64,000 bases of DNA from Gammaproteobacteria bacterium (lineage in GTDB: Bacteria; Pseudomonadota; Gammaproteobacteria; Eutrophobiales; Eutrophobiaceae): NCBI GenBank assembly GCA_963422205.2, contig CAXMWX010000007.1, positions 64,001-128,000 of the forward strand, given 5' to 3'. Below the pieces are notes generated by a model, which saw only the letters and a list, made by a program, of their open reading frames with translations, had not been told where the DNA came from and made no database searches. This document shows positions 21,196 to 29,991 of this stretch, in pieces. The position numbers and the translations under genes are program-made. Position 1 is the first letter of the stretch. The number at the start of each line of letters is the position of its first letter.

Positions 21196-21519
21196 TTAGC
21201 GCTCCTGATCAACAAATCGTCCGCACGACCGACACACCATGCGCCCTGTCTGCTGGCGTCTGGCAAGCCTGCGGGCAGCAATACCCACGCCTGCCATGAA
21301 AATACCAACGGCTGTCACCAGGACAATAAAGTCGTCAATCGTGCCGGTGGCGATATTGATGTAGGGAATATCTGTCAGGGGCAGCGCCGTTGTCGCTTCA
21401 GCCTGCACCACCGCCGAGGGGAACATACCGACCACGGCCCCAATCAGGGCGATGTACAGGCGATGAGAGAGCAGCGACAGGCGGTTTGCGCCCGATAAGC
21501 TCGCGGCGATATGCCTCAC
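21196..21519 (-). CDS. Small membrane protein inside the aor operon
   Basis: GTG start overlaps the aorB stop; two hydrophobic segments; C-terminal CRSC. Confidence 0.45.
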   Translation of the reverse strand: MRHIAASLSGANRLSLLSHRLYIALIGAVVGMFPSAVVQAEATTALPLTDIPYINIATGTIDDFIVLVTAVGIFMAGVGIAARRLARRQQTGRMVCRSCGRFVDQER

Positions 21520-23366
21520 AGCCCTAACCGATGCCGCGTCTCGGTGGTGGGTACGCCCTGCTCATCCCAGCCCCTGGCGGCGTAATAGGCTGGCAGCATC
21601 TTGTCCAGCTCGTTGACCTTGCCCTTGGCCGGGCCGGTTTCCGCCGCCTCTTTCAACAAACGCTGCGGCAGCGTGTCATCGGCAGCGGTCAAACCCGCCG
21701 CCAGATTGAACTCGCGCTCCATATTCCAGATCCGCTCCCCCACCTCAACCAGAGTCTCCGGCGTCCACTCTCCCTCACAGGCAGCATTGATTTGCGGGGC
21801 AATGTCCTCCAGCGTCCAGGCAAAGGTGGTAAACACGCACAGGCCCGCCGAATCCACCGCGGCGGTCGCATCCTGAAATGCCTTGGTTAGCTCGGCCTTG
21901 CCATCTGTGACCAGCGGGTCGGTTTTCTCCGGGATCCCCATCACTTCCGAGGAGACAGTATAGCCACGCAAATGGCAGGCGCCCCGGTTGGAAGTCGCAT
22001 AAGCCAGGCCCATGCCCTGGATACCACGGGGGTCGTAGGCCGGGAACTCCTGCCCCTTCACCGTCATGGAGAACTCTGGATGACCGTATTTCTCGCACAG
22101 ACGCTTGGAACCCAGGCCCAGTTCACGGCCGAAACCCTCGCCTTTGCAGGTCGCCTCCGCCGCCCAGGCCAGCGCCTTGGCAGAGCCAAAGGTGAACTCT
22201 ACCCCGTCGGTTTGCTCTTTGGTAATGGCGCCGGTTTCATACAATTCCATGGCCGCCGCCACCGTGGCACCGAACGAGATCGGATCAATGCCGTCCTCAT
22301 TGCAGAGAAAGTTGGCGTAGGTCAACACATCCAGATCATCAATCCCGGTGTCTGAGCCCAGCGCCCAGGCGGCTTCATACTCCAGCCCACCGGATGCGCC
22401 CCAGTATTCCGGCTTGTTTTCAATCGTGAAATGCCCCTTGTCGATGGTTGAGATGCGACCACAGGCGATGGTGCAGGCAAAACAACCGGCATTGGTGACC
22501 AGATTCGGCTTGCCATCGCCCGGACGTGGCTCATACATGGCCTCGGCGGAAATCTTGCTCGCCCCTTCGAACTGCACCTCGCGCATGTTGCGTGTGGGCA
22601 TGGCGCCGACTTCGTTGATCACATTCATCAAGACCTGGGTGCCAAACTTCGGCAGGCCCTCGCCAGAGACCGGATGCTCGGCCAGCGTCTTTTTGCCCTC
22701 GTTCACGGCCTGCATGAAGGCGGCGGGATCATGGATATTGCCCACGCCCCGGGTGCCGCGCACCGCCACAGCTTTGAGATTCTTTGAGGCCATCACCGTA
22801 CCCACACCAGAACGGCCAGCCGCACGATGCAGATCATTGACGATGGCGGCATACATGCAGCCTTTCTCTGCGCTTCTGCCCACCGCGGCGATACGCAATA
22901 AAGGATCCTGGTATTTCGCATGCAACCATTCATCCGCCTGCCAGACGGACTTGCCCCAGATGGCATCGGCCGACAACAATTCGGCCTGCTCATTTTCGAT
23001 GTAGAGGTACACCGGCCTGGGAGACTTGCCCTCAAAGATGACCATGTCATAACCGGCCGATTTTAATTCAGCACCGATATAGCCACCCGAATTGGAGCAG
23101 GCGATAGCGCCCGTGAGCGGGCTTTTGGTAACGACCGAATAGCGCCCGGCGGTGGAGGCCATGGTGCCGGTCAGCGGCCCGGTGGTCATGATCAGTTTGT
23201 TATCCGGCCCCAGCGCATCGCATTGGGGATCGATCTCCTCGGTCAGGTATTTTGTCGCCAGACCGCGCTGCCCCAGGTATTGCTGCGCCCACTTCATATT
23301 CAGCGGTTCGTTGCTGATGTCGCCGGTCGTCAAATTCACTCTGAGTACATTGTTTGCCCAAGCCAT
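21516..23366 (-). CDS. Aldehyde:ferredoxin oxidoreductase, W-bis-pyranopterin subunit (AorB-like)
   Basis: TKSPLTG, RAAGRSGVGTVMASKNLKA, CFACTIAC, EYE, DPISFG, ATSNRGACH, YYAARGWD. Confidence 0.94.
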   Translation of the reverse strand: MAWANNVLRVNLTTGDISNEPLNMKWAQQYLGQRGLATKYLTEEIDPQCDALGPDNKLIMTTGPLTGTMASTAGRYSVVTKSPLTGAIACSNSGGYIGAELKSAGYDMVIFEGKSPRPVYLYIENEQAELLSADAIWGKSVWQADEWLHAKYQDPLLRIAAVGRSAEKGCMYAAIVNDLHRAAGRSGVGTVMASKNLKAVAVRGTRGVGNIHDPAAFMQAVNEGKKTLAEHPVSGEGLPKFGTQVLMNVINEVGAMPTRNMREVQFEGASKISAEAMYEPRPGDGKPNLVTNAGCFACTIACGRISTIDKGHFTIENKPEYWGASGGLEYEAAWALGSDTGIDDLDVLTYANFLCNEDGIDPISFGATVAAAMELYETGAITKEQTDGVEFTFGSAKALAWAAEATCKGEGFGRELGLGSKRLCEKYGHPEFSMTVKGQEFPAYDPRGIQGMGLAYATSNRGACHLRGYTVSSEVMGIPEKTDPLVTDGKAELTKAFQDATAAVDSAGLCVFTTFAWTLEDIAPQINAACEGEWTPETLVEVGERIWNMEREFNLAAGLTAADDTLPQRLLKEAAETGPAKGKVNELDKMLPAYYAARGWDEQGVPTTETRHRLGL

Positions 23367-23378
23367 AATAATAACCTC

Positions 23379-23855
23379 CTATGCTGATGCGCCGAGTTCG
23401 GCGCTTTGTGCTGCATGTGCACGCATACGATTGAGTCCTGTGTGATCGGCATCGACATAGGTAATCGCCGCAGTCGGACACGCCTTGGCGCATTCAGGAT
23501 CACCGCCACACAAATCACATTTATACACCACCTGTGAATCCTGGCTGTAATTCACAGTGCCAAACGGGCAGGCAATGGTGCATACCTTGCAGCCCACACA
23601 AACATCGTCCAGCACATCTTTGGCCCCGGTGGCCTCGTTGATGACGATCGCCTCCACCGGGCAGGCATGCAGACACCAGGCCTCAGCACATTGCGTACAG
23701 GTATACGGGACGAAGCGCCCCTCTTCGTGAAAGGTAAATATCTTGATTCGAGATTTTGACGGGTTAAATACGCCTTCAGCCTGGTAGGAACACGCCATTT
23801 CACACTGTAGACAACCCGTGCATTTCTCCGGCTCAATCTGAAGTGCCTTTAACAT
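23379..23855 (-). CDS. 4x[4Fe-4S] polyferredoxin subunit (AorA-like)
   Basis: CTGCLQCEMAC, CTQC..WC..ACP, CVGCKVCTIACP, KCDLC..EC..ACP. Confidence 0.92.
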   Translation of the reverse strand: MLKALQIEPEKCTGCLQCEMACSYQAEGVFNPSKSRIKIFTFHEEGRFVPYTCTQCAEAWCLHACPVEAIVINEATGAKDVLDDVCVGCKVCTIACPFGTVNYSQDSQVVYKCDLCGGDPECAKACPTAAITYVDADHTGLNRMRAHAAQSAELGASA

Positions 23856-24144
23856 GATAGAACCCTCATCGTTGCGTTGTGTTTATCTCATCACTCTAGC
23901 GTCTGCTTGGCATACAGGTCAACGTAACGGTCGCCGACAAAACTAATGACATTCCAAACTACCTATACCCATCCCCCGCAGTATAGTCAAGCCCATGCGC
24001 CCATGCCACAGACTGTGGCCAGCGCGGGTCGGTTGCACCTGTATTTTAATTATACCGCCAGCCAGCACCGTTCACACCTCTGATGCAGGCCGAATGCACG
24101 ACACGGGCGGATGTCGCAAAACGCAACAAACCCGTAACAGGTGA

Positions 24145-24630
24145 TCAGGCATCGGTCTCGGCAGGCATGTTCTCTTTCTGTTCTTTGATGACCACCGTAC
24201 CGGCGAGTTTATCGTGCCAGCCCTGTTTCCTTTTATCAAAGGCCACCCAGAACATGCCCATACCAAAGATCAGAAAGCTGGGATAATAGGCAAAATACCT
24301 GCCGATGAATTGGCCTGTGGATGGTTTCTGGCCCGTCCTGGCATCAACTACCCTGGCACCTATGACCATCTTCCCCGGCGTTGCCTGGCGGTAGTGCCAG
24401 AAGAGAATTATCGCAACGGCGGGCAAGACATAAGAGAACAGAAAATCCACAGCACCGAGCAGAAACCGTTCGCTGTATAACATGGCATCGGTGCCGTAGA
24501 CAGCGAACAGAACGGGCATAACAATAAGGGCGATCAACAGCGAATCGATGATCGTTGCCCACACCCTGAGCCAGAAGCCAGCGTAGACAAAAGCCTGGTT
24601 ATCATCGGTATTCATGCCCTCTTCTCCCAT
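24145..24630 (-). CDS. RDD family membrane protein
   Basis: YAGFWLRVWATIID, ATPGKM, KQGWHDKLAGTVV. Confidence 0.92.
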   Translation of the reverse strand: MGEEGMNTDDNQAFVYAGFWLRVWATIIDSLLIALIVMPVLFAVYGTDAMLYSERFLLGAVDFLFSYVLPAVAIILFWHYRQATPGKMVIGARVVDARTGQKPSTGQFIGRYFAYYPSFLIFGMGMFWVAFDKRKQGWHDKLAGTVVIKEQKENMPAETDA

Positions 24631-24738
24631 GATGCCCGCAACAGGTTCTATGACGTGTGCCAGTCAAGTACGATTGATATGCACTGACTTTCACTGTACC
24701 ATAGGCCAGTATCAAGCGACAGATAGGCGGCATCACCG

Positions 24739-25581
24739 ATGCGGGCATTGATGGCAAACACACCGATGGCGGTATGCACTGTGCTGGCTCTTGGCCTGTG
24801 CTTATTGGCACAACAGGCGGGCGCTTCAAAGGGGCGAACCTTTCACTTTGCGTTCATCGCCGATGCCAACAGCCCGGCCCTGTCCGGGGCTGAACAGGGG
24901 ATCATCGAGGCCAACCTGCAAGGCCAGTTCCTGGGTATACAGTACGTGCTGGAGAAATTCTCCAGTGCCGCATGGGATTCCGCCAGGCCGGACAAATACA
25001 TGGCGATACTGGCCGACCTGCCAGCCGAGAAATTAGTCGCATTAAGCCGTTCAAACCCAATCCGCGCCATTTTCAATTTAACGGCAAAAGATGATCAACT
25101 GCGGACAATCTGTACGCCCAACCTGCTGCATACGATCGCCAGCATGAATATGTACCGGGATGCAAAACAACAATGGCTGACAAAGCAGCCTGTCGTTGAA
25201 ATTACCGTCAGCGGCTGGCATCAGGATTTCGTCAAATTCGCCGCCCGTGATCTCAACAAACGCTATAGAAAAACCTTCTCCCAGCCCATGGATGAGCTTG
25301 CCTGGTCTGGCTGGGCGGCGGTTAAGATGACGACCGATTTGATTGCTCGCCATGTTGATGCGCCCCCCTCTGCCCTGCTCCGGTTATTGAAAACAGAACT
25401 GGCCTTTGACGGCCAAAAAGGGATCACGCTGGACTTCAGGCCAAACGGCCAGTTAAGACAACCCCTGCTGATTGCCGATAGCAATGGGCGGCTGCTGGGT
25501 GAGGCGCCCGTGCGCGGTGTGGTTGATGCGAACGATCTTGACAGCCTGGGTTATGCGGCGGAGCAGGCCGATTGCCCATGA
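24739..25581 (+). CDS. ABC substrate-binding-like protein of PQQ alcohol dehydrogenase systems
   Basis: GIIEANLQGQFLG, DDQLR..C..NLLH, WAAVKM, FDGQKG..L.FRP.GQLRQPLL. Confidence 0.75.
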   Translation: MRALMANTPMAVCTVLALGLCLLAQQAGASKGRTFHFAFIADANSPALSGAEQGIIEANLQGQFLGIQYVLEKFSSAAWDSARPDKYMAILADLPAEKLVALSRSNPIRAIFNLTAKDDQLRTICTPNLLHTIASMNMYRDAKQQWLTKQPVVEITVSGWHQDFVKFAARDLNKRYRKTFSQPMDELAWSGWAAVKMTTDLIARHVDAPPSALLRLLKTELAFDGQKGITLDFRPNGQLRQPLLIADSNGRLLGEAPVRGVVDANDLDSLGYAAEQADCP

Positions 25582-25632
25582 GCATAGACAATGATTAGTA
25601 CCTGCAACTCAAGTCATAAGGAGTCCTGACCA

Positions 25633-26583
25633 ATGAAACTCATACACCTCAGCACATTAATCGCCCTGCTCCTCGCCGCTGGCGCACAGGCGGCAACTGA
25701 CAGAATATTCGTTACCAATGAAAGGAGTAACGATGTCTCTGTGATCAACGGCGAGACCCTGGAAGTCGAAGCCACGATCAACGTGGGCAATCGCCCGCGC
25801 GGCATCGGCTTGTCGCCCGATGGCAAGGAGTTGTACATCGCCGCCAGTGAGGATAATGCGATCAAGGTGGTTGATCCTGTCTCCTTGCAGGTGTTGCGGG
25901 AATTCCAGGCCGGCTCTGATCCGGAAGCCTTTGCAGTGCATCCCAACGGCATGATTTATATCTCCAATGAAGATGATGCCAAGGCCAGTGTATTTGACCC
26001 GGCAACAGGCCAGAAAATCATTCAGATTGAAGTCGGACTGGAGCCCGAGGGCGTGGCCATATCAGCGGATGGCAGGCAGGTGATTATCACCAGCGAATCC
26101 ACCAATATGCTGCATGTCATTGCGGTGCCGGAACATACCATCACGGCCAATATCCTGGTGGGTGCGCGCCCGCGGGCGGCCGTCTTCAATCGTGCGGGCA
26201 CCCTGGCTTATGCCACTTCGGAGATCAGCGGTGAAGTCAAGAAAATTGATATGCAGACACACACCATCCTGGCGCAGACCAAAATTGCTGATGAGAAGGC
26301 AAAGCCGAAAGATGTGCTTTTAAGCAAGGATGAGAAACGGCTGTATGTTGCTGGCGGTCGTGCGAATGCGGTGCTGGTGCTTGATGCTGATTCCCTGGAG
26401 CCGATCAAGCGTATTCCGGTCGGCAAGCGGGTGTGGGGGCTGGCGATGTCCAAAGACGGCAAACGGGTGTTCAGCACCAATGGCGTCAGTGGCACCGTGT
26501 CCGTCATCGATACCGAGAAAAATGATGTGCTGAAGACGATCACCGTTGGACAATTTCCCTGGGGAGTGGTGATTGACGACTAG
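25633..26583 (+). CDS. PQQ-catabolism-associated YVTN beta-propeller protein
   Basis: Signal peptide; FVTNERSNDVSVI, VGNRPRGI, VGLEPEGVAIS, VGKRVWGLA, VGQFPWGV repeats. Confidence 0.85.
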   Translation: MKLIHLSTLIALLLAAGAQAATDRIFVTNERSNDVSVINGETLEVEATINVGNRPRGIGLSPDGKELYIAASEDNAIKVVDPVSLQVLREFQAGSDPEAFAVHPNGMIYISNEDDAKASVFDPATGQKIIQIEVGLEPEGVAISADGRQVIITSESTNMLHVIAVPEHTITANILVGARPRAAVFNRAGTLAYATSEISGEVKKIDMQTHTILAQTKIADEKAKPKDVLLSKDEKRLYVAGGRANAVLVLDADSLEPIKRIPVGKRVWGLAMSKDGKRVFSTNGVSGTVSVIDTEKNDVLKTITVGQFPWGVVIDD

Positions 26584-26609
26584 ACGCCGATGACTGCCGG
26601 TAAGCTGCC

Positions 26610-27257
26610 TTACGCTTCCAGGATATTACAGCGGATGGCCAGACGGGTGAGCTCTGCCAAGGTGTTGACCTTCAGCTTGGCCTTGACCTGTGTGCTGTAA
26701 TTGGCAACGGTCTTGTAGCTGATCGATAAACGCCGGGCGATCTCGATGGTGTTTAATCCCTCGGCCAGAAGACAAAAAATTTCGAACTCCCGTGTTGACA
26801 GCGAAGAGAACGGCCCGTCCTCCCCACGGGTCTTCTGAAAGGCCATGTTCTGTGCCAGTTCCGAATCCAAGTATTTCCTGCCGTCAGCGATGGACTCAAT
26901 GGCCTGTATCAGGGTTTCAGGGGCGATATTCTTGGTGATATAGCCCATCGCCCCGGCCCGGATTGCCTGATCCACGAACACGATATCATCGTGCATACTG
27001 ATCACCAGAATGCGCGCATTGCCATCTCTTAACACAATCCGCCGGATGGCTTCCAGCCCGCCCATACCCGGCAGAGATAAATCCATCACCACCACGTCCG
27101 GCTGATGCTCAACATAGAGTTTACAGGCCAGCTCGCCAGTATCTGCCTCGGCAACTATCTCAATGGCAGGGTGCTTGTTTAACAACATACGATAGCCCGC
27201 CCTGACCACCGCATGATCATCAACCAGTACCACCCGAATTTTTTTATGTGTGATCAT
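26610..27257 (-). CDS. NarL/LuxR-family response regulator
   Basis: LVDDHAVVR, VVMDLSLPG, LSTREFEIF HTH. Confidence 0.92.
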   Translation of the reverse strand: MITHKKIRVVLVDDHAVVRAGYRMLLNKHPAIEIVAEADTGELACKLYVEHQPDVVVMDLSLPGMGGLEAIRRIVLRDGNARILVISMHDDIVFVDQAIRAGAMGYITKNIAPETLIQAIESIADGRKYLDSELAQNMAFQKTRGEDGPFSSLSTREFEIFCLLAEGLNTIEIARRLSISYKTVANYSTQVKAKLKVNTLAELTRLAIRCNILEA

Positions 27258-28579
27258 GATACAGCCCGGCCCTGCATGGGGATCTGCAAGGTGATCTTGA
27301 CGCCCTCTCCCGGTGCGGTTTCAATCTGCATCTCCCCCCCCATATAATCCATGCGCTCACGCATGCCCGTCAGCCCCAGCCCTTTTTCAACATTGCCCGC
27401 ATCAAACCCCCTGCCATCATCATCAATCGTTATCCGCAGCGCCTGGTTCTGTTGCACAATCAGCGAAACATGCACATCTTTGGCCTCAGCGTGCCGGGAG
27501 ACATTCGTCAGGCTTTCCTGGATAATGCGATAAATATTTATCTTCACCAACTCATCCAGCCGACTGTAGTCGCCGTGTATTTCCAGATAACAAAACGTAT
27601 CGGCATGGGCAGCATTCCAGTTATCCACCATCTCCTGCAAGGCCAGTTGCAGGCCAAGCTCATCCAGCACCGTGGGGCGTAATTGCCGGATCAGGCGGCT
27701 GGCAACGGCATACATCGCATCCGAGTGCTGTTTGATAATCGCCGCTCTGCCCTGCACCGAACTGACATCATCGGAGGCCTCGATAGAGGCCGCCACGGCC
27801 TTGATGGCGCTGATCGTCTGCCCCAGCTCATCGTGCAGCTCATGTGCCAGCGCACGCCTTTCCTGCTCCTGTATTTCCAGGGTTCGACGCGTCAGATACT
27901 GATTCTCCTTCCTGCTGGCAGACAGTACCGCCGTCATGACATTAAATTTCTCCGAGATAGCGGAAAACTCAGGTGTGCTGAACGGCGGCAAACGCAGGGT
28001 ATAATCGCCTTTTTCTATTCTTTCAAGACCCGCCAGGATCGACGTGACCGGCGCCAGATCACGCCCCAGCACAAAAAAAATGATGCCGTTGGCCAGCACG
28101 GTAAACAATAACAGCAGCAGCAAAAAATTCCGCATGTCATGCCAGACTTCGGTTATCTCATCGGCCGGGTCGGCAAACACGATGATCTCGGTAAGCGATG
28201 CCTCTTTGTTGGCGATAAGGCGTCGAAACTCTATGCGTGGCGGCTTGATCAGGGCGATGAACCAGGCCGGTGCATCTGCCCTGATGTCGGGAAACAGGTG
28301 GGGGGGTGAACGCCGTTCCAGACTGGAATGGCTTACGGCGACTTGCAGGTGTCGGGTTGCCTGTAGCTTTTGCAGCTCGCTGATGAGGCGATCATGCTGC
28401 CCGGCCGGGTGGCTTGAACTGACGATCACGGCAAGCAACCGGGACGTTAAGTTCGATACCGATCGCACCTCCTCGGCCACGGCATGTTGGGCTGATTTGA
28501 TGATGTAGACACACGCCCCCACCATGAACAACAAAAACAGCAGGTTAATCAGCAGATTCAGCCTGAGTTTAAGGCTCAT
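27254..28579 (-). CDS. HisKA_3 sensor histidine kinase with HAMP (resembles methanol/alcohol-regulatory kinases)
   Basis: Two TMs, APAWFIALI, EITEVW, LAHELHDELGQ, QESLTNVSRHA, DDGRGF, GLGLTGMRER. Confidence 0.9.
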   Translation of the reverse strand: MSLKLRLNLLINLLFLLFMVGACVYIIKSAQHAVAEEVRSVSNLTSRLLAVIVSSSHPAGQHDRLISELQKLQATRHLQVAVSHSSLERRSPPHLFPDIRADAPAWFIALIKPPRIEFRRLIANKEASLTEIIVFADPADEITEVWHDMRNFLLLLLLFTVLANGIIFFVLGRDLAPVTSILAGLERIEKGDYTLRLPPFSTPEFSAISEKFNVMTAVLSASRKENQYLTRRTLEIQEQERRALAHELHDELGQTISAIKAVAASIEASDDVSSVQGRAAIIKQHSDAMYAVASRLIRQLRPTVLDELGLQLALQEMVDNWNAAHADTFCYLEIHGDYSRLDELVKINIYRIIQESLTNVSRHAEAKDVHVSLIVQQNQALRITIDDDGRGFDAGNVEKGLGLTGMRERMDYMGGEMQIETAPGEGVKITLQIPMQGRAVS

Positions 28580-28608
28580 CGTATGGCAGGCGGGAGGTAA
28601 GGTAAGCG

Positions 28609-29868
28609 TTAATAAAAATCCTGCTCCGCCGCTTCCAGGACACGGATAAATTCCCGCGCCCGCTGATATCTGTCATCGGGATTCTTTGCCAGGATGCGAT
28701 CGATGATCTCCTGATACTGGCTTAGTGCGGCGGGCAGCTTGGGGATTTCAGCATGCACATGCTGGTAGATCATGGCGGCCGGGGTGGCGGCATTGAAGGG
28801 TTTTCCGCCGGTCAACAGCTCATACAGCAACACCCCGGCGCTGTACAGATCCGAGCGGGTATCGACTTTCTTCCCCTCGCCCTGCTCCGGGCTCATGTAA
28901 TGCGGTGTCCCCAGCACCTGCCCGAAACTGGTCAAGTCCGCCCCGCCCTCCAGCTTTTTTGAGATCCCGAAATCTGCCAGCGCCAGGCTGTCATCCCCCC
29001 GGAACATGATATTCGCCGGCTTCAGATCCCGATGCACCACGCCGATGGAGTGAATCGCCTCCAGGCCGTAAGTGATGTGGGTCATATAATTAAAGGCAAC
29101 CTCCGGTAAGATGCCCAGCTCCATGCGCTGCTTCAAATCGCCACGAGAGAAAAATTCCATCGCAATAAAGCCGTAACTTTCGGTCATGCCATGATCGTGG
29201 ATTTTGACCACAAACGGCGATTTCAAGGCCGAAATCAACTCTGCCTCCTGGACAAAGCGGGTGAGCAGGCTGCGATCCTGGACCAACGTTAAATCCAGCA
29301 CCTTCAGCACCAGAGACAGGCGGACTGATTTCTTCTCTGCCAGATAAACACGCGACATGGCCCCCTGGCCTATCTGCCGCACAAACTTATAGCCGATATC
29401 CAGCTCGCTTTCAGGCAAGCCGTCGACCTCCTTGTCCTGCTGTATCTTGTCGACGATCCTGGCGGCTTCCGAATCACTGTCGTCCTCCTCGTTGACGAAC
29501 TCCAGCGCCTGCTCGACAATCTGCTTTAATCGTCTGGGAGAGATGTCTTTTTTATTGATGTAATCCGCCGCCCCCAGCTTGACGGCCTTCATGGCAATGT
29601 ACTCATCCCCTTCTGCGGTCAGCACAATAGCGGGCGGGAAGCCGGGCGCCTGCTTGTAGGTCTTCAGCCATTCCAGACCATCCTCATTCTCACCCAGCAT
29701 ATAATCAAGCAGCAACACATCGAAATCCGACCAGTTGACATTATCCGGCCGTCCTGATTTGACGGGATCATATTCTTCGACCACCGCCTCCGGTAGCTCT
29801 TTGCTGAGGTACAGTCGGATGAGAGAGCGTAAATCCTGTGAGTCATCAATGATGAGAATATTCATCAA
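28609..29868 (-). CDS. Receiver domain fused to a Hanks-type Ser/Thr protein kinase
   Basis: ILIIDDS..LLLDY..LTAEG..K receiver; IGQGAMSRVY, HRDLKPAN, DFG, GTPHYMSPE. Confidence 0.92.
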   Translation of the reverse strand: MMNILIIDDSQDLRSLIRLYLSKELPEAVVEEYDPVKSGRPDNVNWSDFDVLLLDYMLGENEDGLEWLKTYKQAPGFPPAIVLTAEGDEYIAMKAVKLGAADYINKKDISPRRLKQIVEQALEFVNEEDDSDSEAARIVDKIQQDKEVDGLPESELDIGYKFVRQIGQGAMSRVYLAEKKSVRLSLVLKVLDLTLVQDRSLLTRFVQEAELISALKSPFVVKIHDHGMTESYGFIAMEFFSRGDLKQRMELGILPEVAFNYMTHITYGLEAIHSIGVVHRDLKPANIMFRGDDSLALADFGISKKLEGGADLTSFGQVLGTPHYMSPEQGEGKKVDTRSDLYSAGVLLYELLTGGKPFNAATPAAMIYQHVHAEIPKLPAALSQYQEIIDRILAKNPDDRYQRAREFIRVLEAAEQDFY

Positions 29869-29991
29869 TAATCAGAGGGTTATCTGGAAAAATGGATGTT
29901 GATTATATCTTTTGCACATCAAGTTGCCTATCATAAAGCAATTTTACCGATGATTCTATCTGGCAAAACAGGCACTCAGGCGATATGCCTG

